A stretch of 63,725 nucleotides of DNA, filler included, from Intoshia linei (taxonomy: Eukaryota > Animalia > Orthonectida): NCBI GenBank assembly GCA_001642005.1. It is 4 parts of 4 records of this genome, joined end to end, with 100 filler letters (N's around TTAATTAATTAA, not from the genome) between each part and the next. Parts side by side here need not be neighbours in the genome. Positions count along the whole stretch, not along the records: positions 19,802 to 45,857 come from LWCA01000484.1; 3 more parts are not named here. The stretch is one strand, 5' to 3'. Under the pieces are notes generated by a model. The model had not been told where the DNA came from. It worked only from the letters and a program-made list of their open reading frames with translations, and did no database searches. Shown piece by piece: positions 26,179 to 39,234 of the stretch. Position numbers and translations under genes: made by a program. Each line of letters begins with the position of its first letter. Within the stretch, counting starts at the first letter, position 1.

Positions 26179-27014
26179 TTAATAACGAGAGTTAAGAGTG
26201 TATTTTAATTTAATTTTATTGTTAAAAAAAGTTCAAAAGTTATCTTCATTTTAGATAAAATTTTTTTGTTGTTCATCTAGAATTTTCTGGTAACCAGCAA
26301 TGGTCCATATAGACCACTTTCTTAAATTTAAAATTTTAAGTTTAAACTCCCACATTATATAAAATCAATTATATCAGATACTGTATTGTAAATTAATGTA
26401 ATTGAAAAGTGTTTCAATTCACACGCATGATTTATTTTTAGAAATGCATATTGTACAATTGTATAGAATGAAAATAAAGCAACAACAACCATGAATGTGA
26501 CGAAAACGATAAAAATTTGACACACAAATAAGATTAATGCCATTATCTAAATTTAATAGTTAAAAATTATAATCATTAAAATCGATATATTCAAATGAGA
26601 ACATAACACATTACATTACGATATAATCGACAAATGGCGTGTTAAAGTGTATGTCTCATATTAACTGTTAATAAAAATAAATCCATTATACACAAAGTCG
26701 TTTTAATCGTATTATTGATAAAAACGATAACAAATAATCACTTGAATGAGTCGCCCGTAACATTATTGAATCCTCTCATTGTTAAGATAATATAAAAAAT
26801 TTAGAGTAATTTACTTATTATCTTGGAAACGTATACGAAAAACAGACCAACATCCATAACAAAAGAGTTGGATACGCGAAATGTCGATATCGATGAAGCT
26901 GACAAAGAATAGAATACAAAAATAGATTTTTGAGTCACCAATTTCCACCTAAATTTTCAAAACTCTAACAATTTATCAGACCACTAAATTATAATAAATT
27001 AAATAGAGCTGAAA

Positions 27015-30000
27015 ATGACAGATGCATGTACAAAACCTAAAAATGTTTTAAATGGAGTGGATGGAGACTATAAAGTATATATTTATGTTAATGGAATTTG
27101 TTGATACATTTATTTAGTATAATACAAAATCTCATGACACGGCAATTTATAGAAACTTAAATTCCAATAATTCGATCGAAAATAATGATTTTGTGCAAGA
27201 TTGCATGTAATTTAAACCGCTAGATAATTTATACATTCATATATTCAGTTATATTTTAATGTTCATTTTCAGAAATAATGGGGCCACTAAAGTCAATTTA
27301 AATTATAAAAATTTACAAAATTACGTTAAAATGTATGACGATGGAATTTCGCATGTGTCTTCTGAAACCTGCTCAGTTTTATATAATACTAATGGTGATT
27401 TTGGAGTAGTTAATCCGATGAACACATCGTCAAAGTTGGAGACGAATGACTTTCATCACAAATTAAACATTATTGATGAACACGTTCCGTCTTTAGCATA
27501 TTTTAATCAAAATCAAAATATTAAATTTCATGGAAATAATCAGTCTCCACACGTTTATCAAACTAATCATTATTCTGTAATTATTTTATTCTTTCAGTGA
27601 GATTTGATATGATTAAAGACACACAATTTGATTCCAATTTAAAAATTAATTTTACGTGTACCCGCCATGTTCAGTATCATTTGAATAAATCAAAGATTGT
27701 TAACTTTTTTTAAATTAATTTCATTTTTTTCATTTTTTAGGAATTTTTACCTTTTTCTCAAGCTTCTAATGGAATTTACAATGCCGATCCAAATTTCAAA
27801 AACGAAATGGATGCACAAAGGTACTTTTAATTTCTAGATTGGAACCTAAAGTAATAGTTCGGCCTTATTTTATTAGTAATAGTACCACTGATTTTTTCAA
27901 TTCATCTGGCCCGCGCCATTGATTTCTATGACCCAACAAAAAAATAAGACAATGAACTGAATTTTAAACTCACCATTTGAGTCACTTAGATTTACTAGTT
28001 TAAGCTTATTTATAATATGTCTTGGTTCAACTTTTAACTTTTTTAACTCGAATAAACAAAATTAACTTTGGTATTATAAACTTTTAAAGAGACTGTATCT
28101 CTTTTTAAATTTTGAAACAACATGTAAAAAAAATCAATTTTAGATTTGGATGGGAATCTGCGCCAATTGAAAAATCAAATCAACCTTATTCTCATATAAA
28201 ACGAATGGTAGATGGAACTGGGGTCGAATACCAATCATGCCGAGATTACAACAAACAAACTATTACTACTACAGTTGATAGTAAAGCTCGGGTAGATGTA
28301 TTATTGGAAGCAAAACTTAAAATCGACAATTTTAAGCCAAATACCAGGAAAATAAACGTTGCTAATAGTGAAGATGGTAGAGACGATAAAAATAAGGATA
28401 AATGGAGAAACCCAGTTCTCGCTGAAATTATTGAATATTTATCAAATAGTGACCCCATTATTGTGTCAAATGCAGCTAGGTACTTGCAACACATTTCTTT
28501 TCGAAATATTCCCATCAAGGATAAAGCTGGAGATGCTGGAGCCATAAAAATTCTTGTTAAACTTACAGTTTGTGATGTTTACCATGTTCAAAAATATAGT
28601 ACATATGCTTTAAAAAATTTACTTTATAATGATAGCGACAATAAGAATAAGGTAACCTTTTTTGATTATTCAGTAAAAAATATAAACATACCTGGACACT
28701 AGAACCCTGCATGTAATCTCATGCAATGAGCCATAGACCCTTACCGAGATTTAAGATGAAAATAATGCAGAAATGTAAAAAAATTTAATTTAGTTTTCAG
28801 TAATACAATACTAATTATTTTCTAACTAAGTTCTCGAATTATTTTGTTTATGGAAAAAAATTTAAAATCGTATTTCAGCGCTTCTCAACATTCTTTCCAT
28901 ACGAAATTCATTGTAAGTTTATTGTAAACTTTATAATAAACTTTATGTATAGTTTTTTGGTTTAATTATGAGGAATTTAAACATGATTAAAAATAAAAAT
29001 AAATGAGCTAGAACTGAATTTAAAAAAACAAAATGGTCCCCAAAGCATGGTAAACCCATCAAAGAAATTAACTAACATCATTAACCATATAAACCAAATT
29101 TAAACTGATTATAAAGAAAAAAAATTCCATTTTATATTTATCTTAACATTTTTGTATGAATTTTGATGATTACATTTGAAGGGGTAAATATTATAACCCA
29201 TTTCATTTTTTGAATGCTTAAAATGAAAAAAGGCATCACCTTGCAAAATGGGTTTTCTAATAAAAAAAAGATCAAAAGTGGACACCATATTGTAGTACAA
29301 TTGTATAGTGTAGCAATTAAAAAAAATTGAAATAATTTTAATACCAATTTTTAGATTATCATCTAAAACTTTTAATTTTAAATGTAAAAACAATAAAATT
29401 ATTGTAACAATCCTAAAAAATAGTTATAAAATCATTTAAATGATGAATTTCAAAAAAAATTCTAAATAATTGTACCTGTAGTACAGTGGTTACCGATTGG
29501 GGTTCAAACTATATTCCAGGGGACCGTAAGATTTAAATAAAATATACAAAAAATTTATCAACTTTTATTTATTTTAATAGGAGAATAATATAATTTTCGG
29601 ACCGTTAATTATTTCAAATTTTTTGTTTTAATAAATTAGTTTCGAAATAAAAAAAAATAATATTAAAGTGCTTTTTTGACCGTGAAGTCGTCACTTATTC
29701 AGATTGAAATTTTTTGTGTGTGTGTTAATATGATACAACTGTACCACCTGTAAAAATGTTTAAATTCTAAGACTGCTTTCATTAAAAAAAAAGGTAATTT
29801 GTGGTTTTGGCCTTGAAGATATATTTTTTTAAATGTAAATTTATGATTTTACAATACGTATCAGAGTGTATATTTTTTTAAATTCTTGAACTCGTTTGAT
29901 TTTCAAAAAAAAAACAATTGGGCTTTTTGATCTGTAAGATGTGAGTTTGAGAGGTTGAAATTTATTGTGCTAACACCTCCGGAAAAAACTGTAATTGAAA

Positions 30001-33000
30001 TGTGGACTTTATAAAATTCTAAGACTGGTAGTTATTGAAATAAACGATAATACACACACTTACACAGACAAAAAAATCATATTATATAAGTAAGCATTAT
30101 AATTTCAAAAAGGTATATCTTCATTGTCAAAACCATAAATTACCATTTTATTTAAAAACAAAAAAACTTTTGATTACCTCGATATACATTATTGTTATAA
30201 TTTTATGAGTATCTACTAATAACTAAAATCTAGCTACTTTTTTTAAATGCCAATGGAATAGAATATATTAAAACCAATTTGGAAAATTTGTCAAATGTGA
30301 ATAATAAACAAGAAATGGATGATTTGATTGTAGGTATAATCTGCAATCTATCTTCTTGCAAGGTTAATCAATTTTATTAATTTTAGTTTATTCGGAACAA
30401 GGTTGTTGAAGTAGTTCAACGGTTGAACTGCTATGGACTAAAATTATAGTTCTTAAACTTTTTTGTATAGTACCCCAAACTTTTGATTTATTATTATCAT
30501 TTTTAAAATAATAAATAGAATTCTAAGACAGATTTTTCCAATCATTTTTTGTAAAACATTTAAATCTGAAAAATTGTTATTTTCACTGTCTAAAAGTTAT
30601 ACAACATTGTAATTCAACATCTGAAGCGAACATTTCATAGTTGTAAAATTGGAAATTTTTATTCAAGATGAGAAAACCGATTATTTTCTTAAAATTTGTA
30701 AAAATTTTCCTCCGAGTACATAACCCTTTTCAATGAAATACTTGCAAAAAAAATGTTGAACCATTAATATTTTTTGATATACATTTGTATATTTTGTATA
30801 GGAAGTAAAAATGGAAATATTTTTATCAATATTGGAAATTTTTATAAACACGTATTATTTTCCTGGAATGATGGACGCAATAAACATGGTAAAAGACAAT
30901 TATACTGGAAAACGAGTTTTGCATACATCTTTATCATTTCATCATTGTTTGGCTGCTATTCGGTTAGTTTTGTTTGATTTACACTGTATTTGAAAATTTA
31001 ATTGTAAATTTTAGAAATTTAAGTTCTGAAGTTAATGAAATACAAAATTATTTGAGAAATTATGAAAATTTTACAAAAAGTTTGTTGCGATTCATAGAAA
31101 AATCTCTGTTAAAAGAAAGTGTAAATAATATTCTCGTAGAATACGTTACGTGTACTCTTCGAAATTTAACTTTTAATATTCTCAAGGGATCTAAAGGTCT
31201 TACAGTCTATATTATAGATAAAACCTTAAAAAAGTCAAAATCAGGTAATATTATTATGATTAATATCCCAACGAAAAATATTAAAAATTAAAATTTGATT
31301 CTTTGGGGGGAAAATTGCTTGGAAAGTGATATAAATGTTTATATAGTAAAAAATATGCTTATAAATTTTATCATACAGGCTATAATTATAATTATATAAG
31401 GGTGTCAACTTAAATCCAACCATTTTTACTAAAAATCAAAATTTACCAACACTAAAAGGAATATTCCAGTTTTACAGAATTGCAGAGTATCCCATAAAAA
31501 CTCAATATCAGAAACAAAACAAAATGAAGTTCTCAAATAGAAAGATTAGTGATAAACAAGTTATTCCGGACGCATCAGATTCAATCAAAGTTTTCACGTG
31601 AAATCAACAGTTAATCTATATGGTGTAACTACCAAGGGTTTCCATAGTTTTTGATATTCCTTGCCTTCGTCAGTCGTAATTGTTTGAATTATACACTGTT
31701 TACTTCTCTTTTTGCATGCCTGTTTCAGAAAATTCAGCCCTTCAAGCACGCAGGTTGGTAAATTGGGATTTTTCACATAAAAGGTTGGTAAAAGTGGGTT
31801 TTCCCCATAAAGGTTGGTAAAATTGGGATTTTTCCTTAGGGGTTTGTAAAAGTGGATTTTTAGTAAAAATGGTTGGGTTTAAGAATATTATCATTATATA
31901 ATTTAGCGACGTTAAAATCAAAAAATATTGACAAATCATATGATTCAAGTTCAACAAACAAAGAATTTGATAAATCAAACGATACTTTAGACTTATTAAC
32001 ATCAAAACCAATTTTAGCCATGTTAATTCGATTACTATACCATTGTACTTTAACAGGCATACTTGAAGCGACTGCAGGAATAATTCAAAATTTAACCATA
32101 TGGAATAACTCATACATATCGCCAGTGATACGCGAAAATATTAGAATATTGAAGGGATTACCAATATTGGTAGAATTTATATCATTTACCGATATTAAAT
32201 TAGTCGTAACTGCCATTTTAACCTTGAGAAATTTAGCCTACAATAATGATAATAAAAATTTAATTTTTAAATACTGTATTCGAACCATTATTGGTAAAAT
32301 TCCTGAAAATTTACAATTAAAAAATGGCAATTCAAATCAAAATAATCATGATTATGCCAACTACATTGAATTAGTTGCGGCTATATTACGATTAACAAAT
32401 CAATTGTCTAAAAAAAATTCAGAATGTGTTAAAGAATTAATGATTGAAAAAACTTTTGTTACTTTGAAAAATTTATCAAATAATACAGAAAAATCTTTTC
32501 CCGAAATTAATAAACTATGCAACAAAATTTTATTATCCATGTGGAAAATTAAGGAATTTCGAAATGAATATAAAGAAAATGGATTTGTAAATAACCGTAA
32601 AAATGATGTCAAAGGTATTTTAAAGAATGCTAATGATAATAATTCTTTGCAATTGACTAAATCAAATTCTTCTCAATTTAATCCTTTTAATGATACAGAA
32701 AATTATTCTGAAAGACCTGTTGATGTTACCTCTACTATAAATGTAATTTGTTTTATTGGTATCAAATATTTATTTTCCTATTCCCGAAGGAATTAACTTC
32801 TGAAAATTAAAATTTCACTTTCCAAAAATTGTATTGGAAATTGGGTTTTAAATTTTTTTAACTTTAACATTATTAATTTTTTAAATAAACGATCAACACT
32901 CAACAACACTAACACACAAACATTGAATTTGATATAGGTAAAGGGATTTTACTGATATACATAATATAATGTGTGAGTAATCATATTACTATGTATTTAT

Positions 33001-33288
33001 AATGGTTTAATTCAATTTTATAGGACTCAATAAACAATTTTCAACCCAATATAGATAGACAAGTAACTTAATTTTTTTTAAAATAATATCTATAATTAGG
33101 CATACAATAATTATGCGTTTACTCAATCACCATCCATTAAATCCAACACTTATTGTACTATAAAAGATACACCCAAAAAACTGAAAAAAAAACAAGAAAA
33201 TTTCAATTCATTGAATCATTTAAATATGCATGAACTTAAAGCAAAAATTTCAGATCGAAATGAAGAAAATAATAATGCTTGGGTTTAA
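27015..33288 (+). CDS. p120-catenin / delta-catenin family armadillo-repeat protein
   Basis: WRNPVLAEIIEYL..VSNAARYLQHISF, NLSSCK, FRNLSS, VEYVTCTLRNLTF, ILEATAGIIQNLT, LKGLPILVE; ends NNAWV* (delta-catenin-like PDZ-binding tail); start codon less certain. Confidence 0.9.
29575..30150 (-). repeat. Copy of dispersed repeat family A in a catenin intron
   Basis: Reverse complement of ~39460-40025. Confidence 0.85.
31410..31883. mobile_element. TIR element with 33-bp subrepeats and a possible transposase scrap
   Basis: Inverted ends CTTAAATCCAACCATTTTTACTAAAAATC / GATTTTTAGTAAAAATGGTTGGGTTTAAG; minus-strand TITTDEGKEY segment loosely resembles Merlin/IS1595 transposases. Confidence 0.5.
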
Positions 33289-34377
33289 GCTTTATTGTTC
33301 TATTTTAATGAATAAAATTATTTTGAAATTCATTAATTAATTCTTACATTCATTTAATAATGTGTTCAATTATAATGACTACTTTTATAAAGTGAATTGT
33401 TTATGTTAGAGTCCTGTAACGCAAAAGTAAGCCCGTTGGAAAATACAGAAGTTTGACAAAATTTTTTAGCGTTACACTGCTGGAGTAAAAACATTTCGCC
33501 TCAATATAAAAAAACACATTCTGAAATAATTTATTGAAATATAATTGTAGCCCGTCATATGCCCCCTAGCCACGTCCCTGGGTCGGATATGTCGATATTA
33601 TATAACAGTGACCACCAAACTACTGCCTGAAATTGAATTTTACCGGCCCGCCAATTACAAAATGCACCGGTGATATCTTACAAATTATCATATATCATCG
33701 ACTTAGATTATAAATATATACTATCGAGTCGATAGTATCGATTTGTCATTTCTAGATCATGAGAAACTTATTAATTCATTGACTTAAATTTTAAATTGCA
33801 ATTTAATGTACCGTCATATATATTTTCCATTTGGCTTTATGTTATTTCATTGATTTTATTAAGTTTGAGGTTTATTCAATTAATAAATATTTAATTTTTT
33901 TGAATTTATTTAATCATATTTTAAATAAAAATTTAAGATCGTAGTTACTAATTATTAATTTTTTTCAGAGATGATATACGACGATATAATTTTTAAAAAG
34001 ATGAAAATTTGAAAAATGTAAAGTAGAGTCTAGATCGAAGGTGCACAACGTGCGGCCGTGAGCAATAAATCTGATCATAATGCAATATATCATTTTACTT
34101 CAAATTGAAAAGTTAAACTGAGATTTTATTCAAGATCTATTTAAAATATTTTAATCAAAAAGTTACATTCTTGACTTAGTCCCAGTTTCTCAAATTTTGG
34201 CGAAGGGCACACAAAATCAAGTCAGTCACTGATATCTTTTTTTATGTCATTATTATTATTTACATATTTTTTTGTTTTCCACTCTAATGTATCAACAAAT
34301 CAGTTTTTAATAGAACTTTTTCCTGTTATCCAATTATTATTTATTATTTACCGAAAATTAATCAATAATTTTTTTTA

Positions 34378-34630
34378 AATCAGGGTTTTTATTATGGAAT
34401 TAGTCGGTAGAATTATTGTTCTAATAATTTGGTAAAATGGGATTTTTTATAAAAATATAGGTAAAAGCTATTTTTTTCGTTAAGGGTTAGTAAAATTTGG
34501 TTTTTTCTTTTGGAATTAGATACGGTCGTTTTTATTCTAAAACTTTGATAAAAATGAATTTTTAAAAAAAATATTGGTAAAAAAAGATTTCTTCCTTAAG
34601 GGTTGGTAAAATTATGGTTTTTTCTCATAA
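34378..34630. repeat. Degenerate ~33-bp tandem repeat array (family C)
   Basis: Units like GATTTTTCCTTAAGGGTTGGTAAAATT; related arrays at ~10910-10995, 31755-31875, 55370-55700, 56075-56330, 56680-56740, 57050-57200. Confidence 0.7.
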
Positions 34631-35139
34631 AATTATATTAAATTAAATGATTTAATGAAATATGTTGAAAATTGTAGATTCGCCTACAATCATCTAAATT
34701 TTCGTATTCACCCCTTGGGGTGACCAGTCACCCTATAAGAAGCACTGCATTAATCCTACTATTGCTATTTATTCCGATTCAGATAAATGACAAATAAGTG
34801 TTAATATATGAGTGATATAAAGATTAATTTTAATTGAAAATTATTATTAAACTTGCTGATATTAAAATTTAAAGAAAATTATTTTATTAAACCTAAAATT
34901 TAGGTCCAGACTCTGGACTCTAGAGTAAACTTTCTCAATGTCGAAGTAAATTTTGTGCGGCCGTAGTATCAATGAGAAACGTAGCATTGTGGCTGAATTG
35001 GTGGAAAGATTGTGAAATTTGGAAAAGATGTTCAATGTCAGATTGATATATAAAATGTAAAACAAAATATAATTGTTATTTTTAGTATCCCCTTTAAATT
35101 TCCCTGTAGAATCAGCTTTATAAAATATTAATATACTAA

Positions 35140-35405
35140 CCAAGAAGAGATAATATTTATGATTTTAAAATCCGTATCAGAGTATATATTTTTTGAAATT
35201 CTCAAACTCGTTAGATTTTCAAAAAAGGACAATAGGGCTTTTTTACCCGTAAGGTGTAAGTTTGGGAAGTTGAAATTTAGGAAATTTAGTTTGGGAGGTT
35301 TGCTAGCACGCCCGAAAAAAGCTGTATTTGAAATGTGGACTTTATAAAATTCTAAAACTGGCACACACAAACAAAAATCGCTTAGCATATTATATAAGTT
35401 AGGGG
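35140..35405 (-). repeat. Partial copy of repeat family A
   Basis: Reverse complement of ~39510-39770. Confidence 0.8.
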
Positions 35406-35499
35406 TCCTTACTAACATAATATGCTTACTAAAGACTGAAACATTATGTATAATACATTGTATAAACATTTATTTTAAATAGAATTAACTTAATAACCT

Positions 35500-37086
35500 C
35501 TATATTATATTTGTGGGTTCCATAATTAAATTTGATTCATTTTTATGTGCATCAGATTCCTTTCTAGGGGATGATTGTAAACGGCGTAATTCGGTTCCTT
35601 CAGTCTTGATATAATTATTAAACGTCCTGACTTGATTTTTATCCAATGCTTGAGACTCGGTAATTGAAAGATGATCATTGAGACATTTGTACCACTGCAT
35701 AATTTTTTGTCGAAACCATGTACATTCTTGATAACCATTACCGGTAGTTATTGTGTTGATGTATAAATTTTTTATAAAATTTTTTCGATCAATTCCTTCT
35801 TCCATGTCTCTTAAATCTGTACAATCCGCTTCATTTGTACATTGAAAAATACAATCAGGAACATGTGGTTCACATTCTACTAATCCAAACTTATCCGAAA
35901 TTATGTAGTCCTTTTCAACTTTTCCTAAAGTTTCAATATGAACTTCGACATAATTTGAGTTTATACATATCAGTGCTTCAATAGGTAAAAAATTCTTTAC
36001 ATATTTTAATGGAAGTTGAGCAATTTTGCAAGCTATAACCAAAACATCGCTATATATATTGTTTTTCATTACTATTCCATTCAAATAACATTTTTTATTA
36101 TCATTCTTTTTAAAATTTTTCTCGAGTTTTAGAAATTGTAAATATACAAGGCTTTGTACAAATACCTTTAATCTCATCAATATCTTTAAAGAAGAGACTA
36201 AATTGCGTCTGGCAATAATAATATCAATAAAATAAGTCGCTATGCCGTCAAGGTATATTTTAAATCTGTTAAATTTAAAGAATCCAATTGTATCTTGAAA
36301 CAAATTAAACCAATCTTGATTTGAAGCATTAACACAATTTCTCTTAATTCTGCAAAATAAATCCAGCGGTGCATAATAATTTATTTGACAGTAATCCAAA
36401 TTCAACTCCATGTCGTTTACCACGGCATTCTTGTATTTATTTTGACAAGATGATATGTATTCACCAAGTTGCGTAGACAAGGAATTTTCATAAATTTGCG
36501 AAATTGGCATATATGAATTATTATTGTTCATACCATGTTCATCTTTTGGTTCAGGATCAGTATATTTCGAAGATTTGAATTTATAAAAATCTTTGCGCAG
36601 AAAAGTGTCGATGCTACAAAATTGAATTCTCGCGAGCTTTCGTTGAATCTTTTCACTTGATTTAACTTTTTTATCAATAAATTCCTGGTTAAACGATTTT
36701 CTATTAATATTATAGCAATCATGGCAAGTACATTCTTTATCAGTGTAAAAATATTTTCCTCTATTCGTCTTTATTGTTTTATTGAATTTATTTAAAAGAA
36801 TATTGTATTTAATCCTTTCTATTGACATTGAATCAATTCTAATTAGTCCCATATCTTTCAAAGTATCATCAATTTTGGCTTTGGTATATAAATCGTTGCA
36901 TTTAGTTTCATCGTCATTATTTTGATTAAATCCTAATGCATGATCTAATATGCATGTAATTTTTTCTATTGATGCATCAATGTCATTAGAATTTATTGAC
37001 TCTGGTTTATTTTGACTTGGTCCAAGGTAGTTTTTACTGTGGCAGCAATCATTATTTCCTTTACTAAATTTTCCGAGATATTGCAT
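35500..37086 (-). CDS. Hypothetical 528-aa intronless protein
   Basis: Long uninterrupted ORF in very AT-rich DNA; AATAAA downstream on minus; no family recognised. Confidence 0.75.
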   Translation of the reverse strand: MQYLGKFSKGNNDCCHSKNYLGPSQNKPESINSNDIDASIEKITCILDHALGFNQNNDDETKCNDLYTKAKIDDTLKDMGLIRIDSMSIERIKYNILLNKFNKTIKTNRGKYFYTDKECTCHDCYNINRKSFNQEFIDKKVKSSEKIQRKLARIQFCSIDTFLRKDFYKFKSSKYTDPEPKDEHGMNNNNSYMPISQIYENSLSTQLGEYISSCQNKYKNAVVNDMELNLDYCQINYYAPLDLFCRIKRNCVNASNQDWFNLFQDTIGFFKFNRFKIYLDGIATYFIDIIIARRNLVSSLKILMRLKVFVQSLVYLQFLKLEKNFKKNDNKKCYLNGIVMKNNIYSDVLVIACKIAQLPLKYVKNFLPIEALICINSNYVEVHIETLGKVEKDYIISDKFGLVECEPHVPDCIFQCTNEADCTDLRDMEEGIDRKNFIKNLYINTITTGNGYQECTWFRQKIMQWYKCLNDHLSITESQALDKNQVRTFNNYIKTEGTELRRLQSSPRKESDAHKNESNLIMEPTNII

Positions 37087-37184
37087 ATTCTATAATTTTT
37101 TAAATTAAAATACATTCATTAATTGCATAATGATAATTAATCTGTGACCACCTTTTAAGATAAAAATTTATAATGAATATATTA

Positions 37185-37676
37185 TGTAGATGTTGCATAG
37201 AATGTATAAATTTCATGGATTAGTCCTAAAATGTGTAAAATTTTCATTTATATTTTAATTTAAGTTTAATTTTGGGTTTTAGAAATTTTTTTTGAACCAT
37301 ACTTTTAAGGGAATTTAAGATTTTTTTTTGAACCAAACTTTCAATATGGGTTTCTTAGAAATTTTTTTAATCAAACTTTCAAGGAGTTTTTAAGATTTTT
37401 TTTGAACCATACTTTGTGGAGGTTTTAGGAAATCATTTTTGAACTTTAATGGTGTTTTTTTATAAAAATTTTTTCGAACCAAATTTTAAAGAGTTTTTAG
37501 GAAAGTTTAGTTCAAAAAAATTTCTAAAAAACCACCTTGAAAGTTCGGTTCAAAAAAAATCCTAAAAACCCCCTTAAAATTTGGATCGAAAACTATTATA
37601 AAGAAACCCATAAAATTTGGTTCAAAAAAAAATAAAATATAAATGAATATTTTACACATTCTATACGACATATACA
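37185..37676. mobile_element. Foldback element with inverted arms of ~33-bp tandem repeats
   Basis: Ends TGTAGATGTTGCATAGAATGT / ACATTCTATACGACATATACA; units TTTTTTGAACCA(A/T)ACTTT..GG.TTTT switch orientation near 37500. Confidence 0.78.
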
Positions 37677-39234
37677 GTCAAAATCTCATTTAACGAAAAT
37701 GGAAAAACGTTAAAATGGCATACTCGTTAAATGAATTTAACGAAAATATTAGAAATGTAAAAATAACCATAGATTACGATGAATTTATTTATATTGACCC
37801 ATAATATTAATGATTCCCTTCTATTCTGTATTCTGTACGAATGGCCCACTGTAATAAAACAATTATTAATAAAAAGGATTTGAAATTTTAAGTGGGAAGA
37901 GTGATTAAATATGAAATAAATTAACATTTTACGCATTTTATTATATTTATGAATAAATTAAAGTTAAATTACCTTAAATCTTTGTTGAAATCAGTATTAA
38001 AAATCAGTATCAGTATTTTAAAATCAAATGAGATTGTAAATAAAATAATTAAAATGTACTGAGCATTGAAATATTACAAGCTGTGGTTAAATGTATGTTT
38101 TTTATCCTTAGATCAAAAACAACAAAATACTATTTTGTTATATATAATTGTTTATCTATTTTGAAAATAGATAAACAATTAGATAATTATAAAATAAACC
38201 ATAGTACCAAATTGATTATAATCAATAATTATTAATTGAAACATAATTACTGTATTGTATTATTAACAACAATAATAATATTATTTTAGATTATTAAAAT
38301 ATTATACTTATCGTAATGTGATAATTATCCCTTCTAATAGAAAAATAATTACACTGGTAATTAAACGCATAGTAATATATCAAAGACAGGGATTGAAACC
38401 GATTCAAAAAATCGACGTCGACTCGTAAATATTTTATTAAAAATCCTAATAAAGCTATAATTCACCTTATATATACTGTACAGGAAAGATTGGCTTGCCA
38501 TAGTTCGTTTAGTAAATAATTTTAGTGTCAAATATTTCCAGCTTTAATTTTATAGACAATTCAAATTTACATTGACTTGTTTCATAAAAGATTGGCAAGC
38601 CAAAAAAAAATTTTGGCTTAAAGTTCTAAAAATATTAGTAAAATGAAATAAAATATGAAAATTTCTTAGTATCAATTTTTTTCAATCCAAATATCAAAAA
38701 TCTGGAGCCTACCTTATATCACTTTTCTTAATCGTGAGTTCACTTAAAAAAATGGATCTCATAATTTTATTTAATCTTTAAATTTTTTTAATATTTCCTA
38801 ATTCGCTATTTACATAAAATCAAATCTATTTTTTACAATTATATACCAATTAGTTAGTGAGAAATATACCATTAAAAATTTAAAATTTTGACAAGGATAT
38901 ATAATGAAAGTTGGTGCCAATAGTTTATAGTGGCTAATTTCTAAAGATTTGAAGCAAATATTCATGATGTAAAAATAATGTGTAATTAGGAATCCTAAGA
39001 AGTGGAGTAATAATCATATCATATTATGATTATTATGAATGAAAATTGAATGAAAAAATGTATTACTAACTTCATTCATAAATATATAAAATTTCAATTT
39101 TTTTGGACAAAATGATGCTTTATAACAGAAATCTTGTCAATTGTGATCTTGATTTTGCTGCAAATAGTCCTGGAGCTGAAAAAGATTGTTCTCATTAATT
39201 AATAATATAATATGATACCAAATAACAAAATTAA

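Noticed and set aside
28246-28545. Antisense or alternative-frame ORFs over real genes (also 10238-10570, 47263-47463, 62204-62404, 63162-63395)
   Set aside because: Shadow ORFs of coding exons
34862-35469. Short ORFs in or next to repeat family A copies (also 39470-39761, 40026-40208, 42752-42975)
   Set aside because: Chance ORFs in AT-rich or repeat DNA; frames not conserved between copies
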